A stretch of 59,196 nt of DNA from Myxococcales bacterium (GTDB lineage: Bacteria; Desulfobacterota; Binatia; HRBIN30). The position numbers and the translations under genes are program-made. The DNA is taken from assembly GCA_037445065.1 (NCBI GenBank), contig JBBILD010000022.1, positions 1-59,196 of the forward strand. Reading direction: 5' to 3'. The notes under the pieces were generated by a model. It was not told the DNA's origin, did not search any database, and saw only the letters and a program-made list of their open reading frames with translations. This document shows, in pieces, positions 8,197-17,120 of the stretch (within the stretch, counting starts at the first letter, position 1; each line of letters opens with the position of its first letter).

Positions 8197-9552
8197 ATGT
8201 TTCAGCAGGGCGAAGCGTATCGGCCGCGTGCAGTATTGGACTTGTCTGTCTACGCACGGCGGCGGCGCCGGTTCATGGAGCAGATTGGATCCCGGGCGGC
8301 GGCGCTGTTTCCAGCGGCGCCGGTGGCCATCCGCTCTAATGATGTGGAGTATCCCTATCGGGCGGACAGCGATCTCCTCTACTTGACGGGGTTTTCTGAG
8401 CCAGAATCGGCATGTTTGCTTTTGCCTGGGCATCCGGACCACGAGTTCGTCCTGTTCGTTCGGCCTTACGATGCGGAGAGGTATGTCTGGGTAGGCGCGC
8501 ACGCGGGCGTCGAAGGTGCGAGGCGCGACTTTGGTGCCCAGCGTGCCTATCCCATCAGCCAGGTAGACCAAGTGGTGGGAGAGTTTGTGAGTGACCGCGA
8601 CGAGTTGTACTACCGCTTTGGGCGCGACGAAGAATGGAACCGGCGGGTCGTTGGTTGGATGCGGCAGTGGCAGCGACTGCGACCTCGCAATGGGCGTGGC
8701 CCGTGGGTGGTGCGGGACCCGGGTGAGATTCTGCACGAAATGCGCCTGCGCAAAGAAGCCGAGGAACTTGCGTGTATGCGAGAAGCTGCACGGATCGCTG
8801 GCGAGGCGCACCGTCGCGCCATGCAAGCGGTGCGACCGGGCATGTTCGAGTACGAAGTCGAGGCGCTGTTGGATGCTACGTTTCGTCGCTTCGGTGCCTC
8901 TGGCCCAGCGTACCCTTCCATTGTTGCTTCCGGTGCGAACGCCACAGTGCTGCATTACACGGCCAACGATCGGATACTGGAAGACAACGATTTGCTGCTG
9001 ATTGACGCGGGTGCGGAGTACGGCCATTATTGCTCCGACATTACCCGTACGTTCCCAGTGGGAAGGCGTTTCTCTGCCGCCCAGCGCGATGTGTATGAGT
9101 TGGTCCTGCGCGCGCAGTTGGCGGCCATCGAATCGATCCGCCCCGGGGTCCCGTACGATGAGCCGCACCGCCGGGCGGTAACCGTATTGGTGGAGGGACT
9201 GATTGCCCTTGGCGTGTTGCAGGGCAGCGTTGACGAGAACCTCGAAAAAGAAACCTATAAGCGGTTTTACATGCACCGGACGAGCCATTGGCTTGGTATG
9301 GACGTGCATGACGTCGGTGCCTACCGCCTCGGCGATCGAGTGCGGTTGCTCGAGCCTGGGTTTGTGCTGACGGTAGAGCCAGGCTTGTACTTCCGGGCTG
9401 ACTGCGAAGGGGTGCCCGAGGTCTACCGCGGGGTGGGCATTCGCATTGAGGACGATGTGCTGGTTACGGCAGACGGGCATGAGGTTCTGACCGGGGCAGT
9501 TCCCAAAGCAGTGGAGGAAATCGAGGCGTTACGGGATTACGCCCCCGCATGA
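8197..9552 (+). CDS. pepP: Xaa-Pro aminopeptidase
   Basis: YLTGFSEP, DAGAE..SDITRT, HWLGMDVHD, TVEPGLY, GIRIEDD. GGAGG RBS before ATG 8197. Confidence 0.92.
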   Translation: MFQQGEAYRPRAVLDLSVYARRRRRFMEQIGSRAAALFPAAPVAIRSNDVEYPYRADSDLLYLTGFSEPESACLLLPGHPDHEFVLFVRPYDAERYVWVGAHAGVEGARRDFGAQRAYPISQVDQVVGEFVSDRDELYYRFGRDEEWNRRVVGWMRQWQRLRPRNGRGPWVVRDPGEILHEMRLRKEAEELACMREAARIAGEAHRRAMQAVRPGMFEYEVEALLDATFRRFGASGPAYPSIVASGANATVLHYTANDRILEDNDLLLIDAGAEYGHYCSDITRTFPVGRRFSAAQRDVYELVLRAQLAAIESIRPGVPYDEPHRRAVTVLVEGLIALGVLQGSVDENLEKETYKRFYMHRTSHWLGMDVHDVGAYRLGDRVRLLEPGFVLTVEPGLYFRADCEGVPEVYRGVGIRIEDDVLVTADGHEVLTGAVPKAVEEIEALRDYAPA

Positions 9553-10640
9553 AGTGGGAGGTCGCTGTCATCGGAGGGGGCGTGATCGGAGCCTCGGTCG
9601 CTTACGAGCTGGCTCGCGTTGGCCGTATCGAAGTGGTGGTCGTTGACGATCCCGGCGCGGGTGGCGCTGCCTCGCGCGCAGCCGTCGGCCTGATCGTGAC
9701 AGGTGGGCTCACAGCGCCGGGCGGGTTTTGGTTTTCGCTCCGTCAGCGGAGTGCCAGCATGTGGAGGGAATGGGTGAAAGGCATCGAGGAATGCTCGGGG
9801 ATGACGACCGGTTTTCACGCCGCGGGTGCCTTACACCTAGCGCTCACGGCGGATGAGGCACGTACGCTGCGCGCACGGGTCACCGAACGGCCGGGCCAAG
9901 CCGGAGCCGCCGAGTGGATTGAAGGAGAGGATTTGCACCGCTTGGACGGGCGATTGTTACCGAGTGTGGTCGGAGCCGCTCGGTTTGCTGCAGATGCTTT
10001 CGTGCATCCGGAAGGGCTGCACGGTGCCCTGCGTCGGGCGTGTGAATCGAGTGGTGTGGTTTGGAAGTTCGCTCGCGTGGAGCAACTTTGCTGCGAGCAG
10101 CAGTGGGTCCGGCTGGTCCTTGCTGACGGGGAGGAGGTCACGGCACGTCGAGCCGTGGTGGCGGCTGGTTCGGGCAGCCGCGCTCTGCTGGCTTCGGCCG
10201 GCTGTCCATTGCCGTTGGTGGGAGTCCAAGGGGAGCGGGTGGCCACCGAGCTGTGCGAGTCAGGGCCGCCCCTTGCCATGAGTACCAGTCAGGGTGCCGT
10301 GTTTGCGCGCGGCGCGACCCTTGTTATTGGGGGCAATAAAACAAAGATGGAGCCACCTGGCCGGCTGACAGCGGAGGGCGTTCGGCAATTGTTGGAACTG
10401 AGCCACAGAGTCTACCGCCCGGAGGTGTTGGGGCAAGTAGTCGAAGCAGTGGCCGGAGTTCGGCCTTGCTCGAAGCGGCGTCACCCGTTGATCGGATTCA
10501 TTGATGAGCGGAAGCGAGTTCTGGTCGCTACGGGCCATTATCGTTCTGGGTTTTTGTGGGCCCCGCTGACGGCAAAGCTGGTGCGACACGCCATCATGGG
10601 AGAAGCGAGTGCGATCCCACTAGCTGCGTTTGCCTGGTAA
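9549..10640 (+). CDS. FAD-dependent oxidoreductase, glycine oxidase ThiO/DAO family
   Basis: VIGGGVIG, GASRAAVG-like motif, AGVRP, TGHYRSG. ATGA overlap with pepP. Confidence 0.82.
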   Translation: MKWEVAVIGGGVIGASVAYELARVGRIEVVVVDDPGAGGAASRAAVGLIVTGGLTAPGGFWFSLRQRSASMWREWVKGIEECSGMTTGFHAAGALHLALTADEARTLRARVTERPGQAGAAEWIEGEDLHRLDGRLLPSVVGAARFAADAFVHPEGLHGALRRACESSGVVWKFARVEQLCCEQQWVRLVLADGEEVTARRAVVAAGSGSRALLASAGCPLPLVGVQGERVATELCESGPPLAMSTSQGAVFARGATLVIGGNKTKMEPPGRLTAEGVRQLLELSHRVYRPEVLGQVVEAVAGVRPCSKRRHPLIGFIDERKRVLVATGHYRSGFLWAPLTAKLVRHAIMGEASAIPLAAFAW

Positions 10641-10704
10641 CACTTGTATGTTCGACGAAGGCCCCGAAGGGGATTCGCGGCTGAGCAAACGAGAGGGGAG
10701 TGTG

Positions 10705-11442
10705 ATGGGCGAAGGAAACTTGCGGAGCGAAGAGCTGACGTTCGTTCGCGAGGGTGACTACTTGAAAGGTTTTGCCTGTTGGCCGCTGCGCCACGAGCGG
10801 CTCCCGGCGGTGATCGTGATTCATGACGTGCATGGGCTTTCGGAGCACTACCGGGACATCGCGCGGCGTTTTGCGAGCGAAGGGTTTTTTGCCTTTGCGG
10901 CCGACCTCTACAGCCGCGAAGGCGCGCCGCGGTTGCATTCGCCCGAGGAGGTGCGAGAGTGGCTGGAAAAGCTGGATGACCGCCGTGTGCTGGGCGATCT
11001 CCAGGCAGCGGTCCGCTTTTTGGGCAGTCGCTTGGAGGTGCGCGGCAGCTCGATCGGGGTCGTGGGCTTTTGCATGGGTGGCCAGTACGCTTTGTTGGCG
11101 GCGTGCCGAATCGAGGGTCTGGCTGCGTGCGTCAGTTTTTATGGAATGCTGCGTTACAACCGGACCCGCGAGCAAAAGCCGGTTTCCCCATTGGACGCAG
11201 CGCCGGATCTCACGTGTCCGTTTCTGGGCTTCTTTGGGGAGGAGGATGCGCTAATTCCGATAAGCGATGTGCGCGAATTGGAAAGCAGATTGACCCAGCA
11301 TGGGAAGAATTTTTCCATCAAGGTGTATCGCAAGGCTGGCCATGCCTTCTTTAACGACACGCGGCCCGATGCATACCGGTCGGATGCCGCTAAGGATGCT
11401 TGGCGGCGTTGTGTGGAGTTTTTTCACACACATCTCGGGTAG
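10705..11442 (+). CDS. Dienelactone hydrolase family protein
   Basis: GFCMGG nucleophile motif, GEED, AGHAFFN. Confidence 0.9.
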   Translation: MGEGNLRSEELTFVREGDYLKGFACWPLRHERLPAVIVIHDVHGLSEHYRDIARRFASEGFFAFAADLYSREGAPRLHSPEEVREWLEKLDDRRVLGDLQAAVRFLGSRLEVRGSSIGVVGFCMGGQYALLAACRIEGLAACVSFYGMLRYNRTREQKPVSPLDAAPDLTCPFLGFFGEEDALIPISDVRELESRLTQHGKNFSIKVYRKAGHAFFNDTRPDAYRSDAAKDAWRRCVEFFHTHLG

Positions 11443-11443
11443 G

Positions 11444-12220
11444 ATGGCGGAGCCGAAACGTTCCGCGGGACATTCCCTGCCAGGATCGGGGGCCGCAGGA
11501 CGTGCCATTACTGCAGAGACGGCTGTGCACAGTCCGAGTAGCTGGGTCGTACGCTACCTGGGCCGGGTTCCTTACTTGGACGGGCTGCAGCAGCAAGAGG
11601 AGATCGTCGCCGGGAAACTTCGTGGGGATCCGTGTGATTACCTGCTGCTCTTAGAGCATGAACCCGTCTACACGATTGGGCGAGGTGGGGAAGAGGCTGA
11701 CTTGAGAGATGCGCCACAGCGTTTCTCGATCCCAGTGTTTCGTGTGGGAAGGGGAGGTGGGGTAACGTTTCACGGGCCCGGGCAGCTCGTTGCGTATCCG
11801 ATCCTGACCCTGACGCGAAGAGACCTGCACCGCTACGTGGAATTTCTGCACAGCGTGCTGGTCGGCGTCTGCCGGCGGTATGGACTCCCAGCGCGTCCTG
11901 GCGCAGACGCTGGCCACATAGGGGTTTGGATCGAGAACCGGAAAATCGCTTCGATCGGGCTCGGAGTCCGGCGCTGGGTTGCGTACCACGGGGTCGCTTT
12001 AAATGTGGATACCGACCTTGAGTACTTCACAGGGATTGTGCCTTGTCGCTTGCCCGGGTTGCTCGTCACCAGCCTTGCCCGGGAATTAGGGAGGGGGCCG
12101 GATTGGGAAGATGTGGTAAGGGTGTTTGTCGAGGAATTCTTCGCCAAGCTGTGCGAGGAAGAAAGAGAGGGTAATCAACATGGCGCAGGGCGATACACAC
12201 GTGGCTCGCCGACATCCTGA
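11444..12220 (+). CDS. lipB: Lipoyl(octanoyl) transferase
   Basis: LEHEPVYTIG, RGGGVTFHGPGQLVAYP, KIASIG, HGVALN, IVPC. Confidence 0.93.
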   Translation: MAEPKRSAGHSLPGSGAAGRAITAETAVHSPSSWVVRYLGRVPYLDGLQQQEEIVAGKLRGDPCDYLLLLEHEPVYTIGRGGEEADLRDAPQRFSIPVFRVGRGGGVTFHGPGQLVAYPILTLTRRDLHRYVEFLHSVLVGVCRRYGLPARPGADAGHIGVWIENRKIASIGLGVRRWVAYHGVALNVDTDLEYFTGIVPCRLPGLLVTSLARELGRGPDWEDVVRVFVEEFFAKLCEEEREGNQHGAGRYTRGSPTS

Positions 12221-13049
12221 GTGGCTAAAGGCACGGGTGCCGAGTGGCGAGGGCTTTTATGAGACGCGGCGCATCGTCAAAGAGCTGCGCCTGCACACCG
12301 TTTGCGAGGAAGCGCACTGCCCGAACATCGGCGAGTGCTGGGGGAGCAGAACGGCGACCTTTATGCTGCTCGGAGACGTTTGCACCAGGAACTGCGGTTT
12401 CTGCGCGGTGAAACATGGAAAGCCGGGACCTCCAGACCCTGAGGAACCTGCGCGGGTTGCGGCCGCTGTCCGCGCTCTGGGGCTGGCGCATGTGGTCGTG
12501 ACTTCCGTAGACCGGGATGACTTGCCCGACGGCGGCGCTCTGCAGTTTGCGCGCACAGCGGAGGAGATCAAGCGAGTGCGGCCGGACTGCACCGTCGAAG
12601 TTCTCATTCCGGATTTTAAGGGTGATCCACGCGCGGTGGGTTATGTGGTGGATGCCCCCATTGATGTCTTGAACCATAACGTGGAGACCGTGCCACGCCT
12701 ATACCGGCAAGTGCGCCCCGGCGCGCGTTATGAACGCTCGTTAGCGGTCTTAGAAATGGCCAAAAGACACCGGCCGGGCCTTCGTACCAAGACCGGGTTG
12801 ATGCTGGGACTCGGCGAGACGGGAGAGGAGCTACGCTCCGTGCTGGAGGAATTGCGGGATGTGCACTGTGACATTTTGACGTTGGGGCAGTACCTTCGCC
12901 CCTCCGCGCAGCACCTGCCGATTGTCCGTTACGTGCCGCCCGGGGAATTCGACCAATGGCGGGCAACGGCCCTAGGTATGGGCTTTCGGTATGTGGAGGC
13001 GGGGCCTCTGGTGCGCAGCTCGTATCATGCCTGGAGGCATGTGGCGTAA
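12180..13049 (+). CDS. lipA: Lipoyl synthase
   Basis: CEEAHCPNIGEC, CTRNCGFC, RSSYHA. Confidence 0.96.
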   Translation: MAQGDTHVARRHPEWLKARVPSGEGFYETRRIVKELRLHTVCEEAHCPNIGECWGSRTATFMLLGDVCTRNCGFCAVKHGKPGPPDPEEPARVAAAVRALGLAHVVVTSVDRDDLPDGGALQFARTAEEIKRVRPDCTVEVLIPDFKGDPRAVGYVVDAPIDVLNHNVETVPRLYRQVRPGARYERSLAVLEMAKRHRPGLRTKTGLMLGLGETGEELRSVLEELRDVHCDILTLGQYLRPSAQHLPIVRYVPPGEFDQWRATALGMGFRYVEAGPLVRSSYHAWRHVA

Positions 13050-13137
13050 AAAATCCGCGTTCAGCGTAGACAGGCGAAGCCGTTTCTGCGATGAACCGAA
13101 GCCGCTGATAAACCATCGTCTTGGAGGGGACTGAGGC

Positions 13138-13746
13138 ATGATTGTGCTGTACGACTATCCTGAGTGCCCCTATGCGCAGAAGGTTCGCATAGTTTTGGCA
13201 GAGAAGGATTTGGAGTACGAGCGAAGGCTCGTCGATCTGAAAAAGAACGAGCAGCGTTCCGCTGAGTTCTTGAAGCTGAACCCGCTAGGCAAAGTACCCG
13301 TTTTGGTGGACGAGGACGTTGTGGTTTACGACTCGACCATTATCAACGAATACTTAGACGAGGAGTATCCGAACGCTCCGCTCATGCCCGTGGATGACTC
13401 TGCGGCGCGGGCCCAAGTGCGAATGATGGAGGATCTCGCGGATACCCTATTTACGCCACGCGTGGAACTAGTGCTGGCGGAACTACGCCGGCCACCTGAG
13501 GAACGGGACCAGGAGCGCGTGAAGCGGTTGCAAAACGAGATCGTGCAACTGCTGCGCCGGTTAGAAGTCCCACTGGGCCGAAACCCGTTTGTCTCAGGGG
13601 CATTTTCGCTAGCGGACATTGCCTTTGCTCCCGGCCTGTTGGTCTTAGAGCAAATTGGTGTGGAGCTGGACGCTTCCTTGGTGAATGTGCGCCGCTGGGT
13701 CAAGGAGGTGTGTGAGCGCACGAGTGTGCGCGGTCTCCGTGAGTGA
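13138..13746 (+). CDS. Glutathione S-transferase family protein
   Basis: ECPYAQKV, LNPLGKVPVL, DSTIINEYL, FSLADI. Confidence 0.9.
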   Translation: MIVLYDYPECPYAQKVRIVLAEKDLEYERRLVDLKKNEQRSAEFLKLNPLGKVPVLVDEDVVVYDSTIINEYLDEEYPNAPLMPVDDSAARAQVRMMEDLADTLFTPRVELVLAELRRPPEERDQERVKRLQNEIVQLLRRLEVPLGRNPFVSGAFSLADIAFAPGLLVLEQIGVELDASLVNVRRWVKEVCERTSVRGLRE

Positions 13747-13755
13747 GTAGCTCGG

Positions 13756-13804
13756 TTGACAGAGTCACTGAGCGACTGTACTTAACGAGACAAAGTCTCA
13801 TTAA
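13756..13804 (+). promoter_or_regulatory. Sigma70-like promoter with overlapping palindromic operator (putative Fur/PerR box)
   Basis: TTGACA (13756), 17-bp spacer, TACTTA (13779). Inverted repeat TTAAcGAGAC-AAA-GTCTCaTTAA (13782-13804) abuts the AAGGAGG RBS. Confidence 0.7.
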
Positions 13805-13817
13805 GGAGGTTCAGCCA

Positions 13818-14246
13818 ATGGGTAAGAGTCTCGCAGGATCCAAAACGCACGAGAACCTAAAAACTGCTTTTGCCGGAGAGTCGCAGGCGAACCGAAGGTA
13901 CCTTTACTTCGCCCGGCGGGCGGACATCGAAGGATACCCGGACATTGGTGGTCTGTTCCGCGATACCTCCGAAGCTGAGACCGGGCACGCTTTCGGCCAT
14001 CTCGACTTCTTGAAGGAAGTAGGCGACCCGGTCACGAATGTGCCGATTGGAGACACCGAGAAAAACCTCAAGTCTGCGATCGAAGGCGAAACATACGAGT
14101 ACACACAAATGTATCCGGGCTTTGCCAAGACGGCTCGCGAGGAAGGCTTCGAGGAAATTGCGGAGTGGTTCGAAACTCTGGCGCGGGCAGAAAAGTCGCA
14201 CGCCGGGAGATTTCAGAAGGGCTTAGAGTCGCTGAAGGCAGCGTAA
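13818..14246 (+). CDS. rbr: Short-chain rubrerythrin (no rubredoxin domain)
   Basis: [33 protein letters not shown] di-iron motifs. AAGGAGG RBS. Confidence 0.92.
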   Translation: MGKSLAGSKTHENLKTAFAGESQANRRYLYFARRADIEGYPDIGGLFRDTSEAETGHAFGHLDFLKEVGDPVTNVPIGDTEKNLKSAIEGETYEYTQMYPGFAKTAREEGFEEIAEWFETLARAEKSHAGRFQKGLESLKAA

Positions 14247-14283
14247 GGCGTTTGCGCCAAACCCGCACCGCGCCTCGGGCGAG

Positions 14284-14316
14284 CTGCGGGCCGGCCGGGA
14301 TTCGGCCGGCCCGCAG
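14284..14316 (+). repeat. Perfect 14-bp GC-rich inverted repeat (hairpin) between rbr and DUF3501 gene
   Basis: CTGCGGGCCGGCCG-GGATT-CGGCCGGCCCGCAG. Confidence 0.7.
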
Positions 14317-14342
14317 TGCGTTTTCATGGCGGGGAATTCTTT

Positions 14343-14924
14343 ATGGCTGTGCGAAAAGTTTCTCTCGACGAGATCATGGGCTTGGCCCGGTATGAAGAGC
14401 AGCGGAACGAGATCCGCCGTCGGGTGATCGAGATGAAACGAAGGCGCCGCGTTCCAGTGGGCGATCGGGTGACCTTTGTGTTCGAAAATCACGATACGGT
14501 GTGGTTCCAGATTCAGGAGATGTTGCGCGCTGAGCACATCGTGGACATTGACCGCGTGCGGGAAGAACTCGACGTATATAACGAGCTGATTCCGGCACCG
14601 GGCGAGCTGAGCTCAACCATGTTCATCGAGATTACCGACCAAAGTCGGATTCGGGAGGAACTCTTGCGGTTCTTAGGCATCGAGGAGCGTGTCACCTTGG
14701 AACTTGGCGCGAAGCAGATCCCCGGTCGGTTCGAACCAGGCCGGAGTCGCGAGGATCGTATCAGCGCTGTGCAGTATGTGCGCTTTCCTTGTCCGCCGCA
14801 CGCTGCCGAGGTGCTGGAAGATGCGGCACAGAGCGTGCGCCTGCGGATCGACCACCCACAATACCAGTACGTCGCCGACGTGCCGATGGAGGTGCGAAAA
14901 TCGCTGGCCGAAGATCTACGCTGA
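14343..14924 (+). CDS. DUF3501 family protein
   Basis: KRRRRV.VG, FEN.DTV.FQIQEMLRAE, YNELIP, SAVQYVRF, IDHPQY. Typical neighbour of short rubrerythrins. Confidence 0.85.
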   Translation: MAVRKVSLDEIMGLARYEEQRNEIRRRVIEMKRRRRVPVGDRVTFVFENHDTVWFQIQEMLRAEHIVDIDRVREELDVYNELIPAPGELSSTMFIEITDQSRIREELLRFLGIEERVTLELGAKQIPGRFEPGRSREDRISAVQYVRFPCPPHAAEVLEDAAQSVRLRIDHPQYQYVADVPMEVRKSLAEDLR

Positions 14925-14956
14925 AAAGGGACCGAGCCGAGCGGGTTACGAAGCAA

Positions 14957-15370
14957 ATGCGTGCTGTCATCGAGGTCGTGATGGCCGCTCGGGAACACTT
15001 GTCAGCGGATGAGGTGTGGGCCCGCGTTCGGCAGCAAATGCCGCAGATCAGTCGCGCTACCGTTTACCGCAACTTGAAGAAACTGGTGCGTCAGGGCGCG
15101 CTAACCTCGGTACATCTTGGTAGGCGGGCCGTGTGTTTCGACGTGACTCTGCACCCGCACGACCACTTTGTGTGCCGTGTCTGCGGTGCCGTGCAAGATG
15201 TGCCGGCGGATGAAGCTGGGGGAGGCCTCCCAGCGGTTTTGCCGCAGGGAAGCCTCGTGCAGGGTCGCAGCGTCACCTGGTATGGCGTGTGCGCGCCGTG
15301 CCGTGCACGCCCTCACGGCATTGGGCTTGCCGGTCGTGTGCCGGGGCGAATGGAGACTTCGTTGCGATGA
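14957..15370 (+). CDS. Fur/PerR-family transcriptional repressor
   Basis: HLSADEV, ISRATVYRNL, HDHFVCRVCG and C-terminal CxxC. The true start may be slightly upstream (~14921). Confidence 0.88.
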   Translation: MRAVIEVVMAAREHLSADEVWARVRQQMPQISRATVYRNLKKLVRQGALTSVHLGRRAVCFDVTLHPHDHFVCRVCGAVQDVPADEAGGGLPAVLPQGSLVQGRSVTWYGVCAPCRARPHGIGLAGRVPGRMETSLR

Positions 15371-16164
15371 TCCGCGGAAAGGCAACTGCCAGCTTTGTGG
15401 CTCTGCTGACCGTGGCGGCCACCTTCCTGTTGACCGCATGCCGGCAGGGAGAAGAAAACGATCGGGGGTCTGCGAAGCCGCCCCTTGTCATCGAACCGGC
15501 ATCGGCTGCAGAGTTAACCGTGAATGTTCTTCTTGAAGGAGATGCGCCCCCTCCCAAAACCATCAACATGCGCGCGGCGCCTTTGTGCGCTCGGCAGCAC
15601 TCGGGTCCGGTGTTCGACCCCTCGTTGATCGTACACGACGGTCGGGTGGCAAATGCGGTTGTCTGGATTGCAAAAGGACTCGAAGCGTGGAGCTTTCCGG
15701 CGCCTGAGAAACCGGTCGTGATTGACCAACAGGGATGTATGTACGAGCCGCACGTTGTGGTGGCACAGGTGGGCCAGCTTGTGGAATTCCGCAATAGCGA
15801 TCCCGAACCGCATAACGTGCACTCCAGACCGAGCCAGGAGCGGGGCTGGAATTTCATGATGTCGCGTACAGGAACAAGCCGCACGGTGAATTTTGGAAAG
15901 GCAGAGGTTGCAGTGCCAATCGGTTGCGACGTGCACCCGTGGATGAGCGCGTACGTCGCTGTGGTTGAGCATCCTTACGCTGGGGTTACAGACTCGAGCG
16001 GCGTAGTCAAACTCCCGCCCTTGCCACCGGGGACGTACACTGTCCGGGTGTGGCACGAGTTGCTCGGTACGACGGAGCAAACCGTGAGTCTCCAGCCGCG
16101 GGAGCGAAAGGCGCTCGAAGTACGGCTCGCCCTGACGGGCGCGTCGCGAGGCCCGAGGTCGTAG
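15367..16164 (+). CDS. Lipoprotein with cupredoxin-like / carboxypeptidase-regulatory-like domains
   Basis: Lipobox LLTAC, DQQGCMYEPHV, NSDPEPHNVH, CDVHPWM, GTYTVRVWHE. ATGA overlap with the Fur gene. Confidence 0.75.
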   Translation: MIRGKATASFVALLTVAATFLLTACRQGEENDRGSAKPPLVIEPASAAELTVNVLLEGDAPPPKTINMRAAPLCARQHSGPVFDPSLIVHDGRVANAVVWIAKGLEAWSFPAPEKPVVIDQQGCMYEPHVVVAQVGQLVEFRNSDPEPHNVHSRPSQERGWNFMMSRTGTSRTVNFGKAEVAVPIGCDVHPWMSAYVAVVEHPYAGVTDSSGVVKLPPLPPGTYTVRVWHELLGTTEQTVSLQPRERKALEVRLALTGASRGPRS

Positions 16165-16181
16165 AAGCGGGCCGCTGATCT

Positions 16182-16949
16182 TTAGGATCCTTTGACCTGA
16201 GCGGCGCGTTCATACAGGTGGTAGACGAGACCCCACCCAGCCAGAACCACTAAGGTCAAAGGAATTGGGTTCGCAAACCCAGCCCATGCGACTGCATGTT
16301 GGCTCACCATCATGAAGACCAGGGGTACAGACATGTACGTATTGTGCCGCGAGCGCGTTCCCGCCAACGCAACGAGGTTTGGATCTGGCGGCTGGCCGTT
16401 CTTGATGGCGGTGATGATCTCGCGCTGAGAGGGCCAGATTCGAAACCATACATTGAATGCCATGATGGTTCCAAAGGTCGCCCCTAAGTGGATCGCGTAG
16501 CCACGAACGCCAAAGCCTCCGATCCACTGGAACATTGCAAGAAGAATTGCCGATAAAATGACACCTGCGACAAAGGCTACCTGGAGATCCTTCAAGTAGT
16601 TTTTGACGAGGAAGTCATAAATGAAGGGACTTGCGAACACGAGCACGATCATGACGATGGCCCCTAGGGACCAGCTCTGTCCCGTCTCGAACAGCATTCC
16701 ACCGTGGTAATAAACGATCAACAAAAGGAGTACGCCCGTGATCCAGGTAATCGCCGCACCCCACCGGAACCAGAACAAAACGCGTGGCCGTAACTCCGGG
16801 ATGACTTTTTTCTTGGCCTCAGCCTCGAGAGCAGCCTCGAAACCGGCGTTCACAAAGTTCAAAAAGTACAAAAGCCCGATCCACAGGATTCCAAAAACGA
16901 CATGCAACCAGCGGAACACCGACTCGATGAAATTCATGAGAGTTTCCAT
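16182..16949 (-). CDS. Urate hydroxylase PuuD-like integral membrane protein (N-terminal domain only)
   Basis: RWLHVVFGILWIGLLYF, FRWGAAITWITG, GTIMAFNVWFRIWPSQ, RSRHNTY. No CxxCH domain. Confidence 0.8.
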   Translation of the reverse strand: METLMNFIESVFRWLHVVFGILWIGLLYFLNFVNAGFEAALEAEAKKKVIPELRPRVLFWFRWGAAITWITGVLLLLIVYYHGGMLFETGQSWSLGAIVMIVLVFASPFIYDFLVKNYLKDLQVAFVAGVILSAILLAMFQWIGGFGVRGYAIHLGATFGTIMAFNVWFRIWPSQREIITAIKNGQPPDPNLVALAGTRSRHNTYMSVPLVFMMVSQHAVAWAGFANPIPLTLVVLAGWGLVYHLYERAAQVKGS

Positions 16950-17120
16950 CACCCCACCCCTTTCGGAACGCTGGACCGTCGCAATCGTTCCCTGAGGATT
17001 TTTGCGCCCTTCCGTGGCCTCTAAGAGCGTGCCGGCTGGCTTACTGGGTTCAATGCAAAAAGTCAAGAAAAGCCGGTGGATTGCTTGCGTCCGGACCGTA
17101 GGGTTGGCATGTGTGCTTTT

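Noticed and set aside
8122..9480. Long antisense ORFs opposite pepP (and similarly opposite gltB and gltD)
   Set aside because: Expected stop-poor antisense frames in high-GC coding DNA, with no protein motifs.
9549..10640. Calling the oxidase thiO as part of a thiamine pathway with the ThiS-like gene
   Set aside because: No thiG, thiE or TPP riboswitch is seen, and the gene is coupled to pepP, so only a family-level call is supported.
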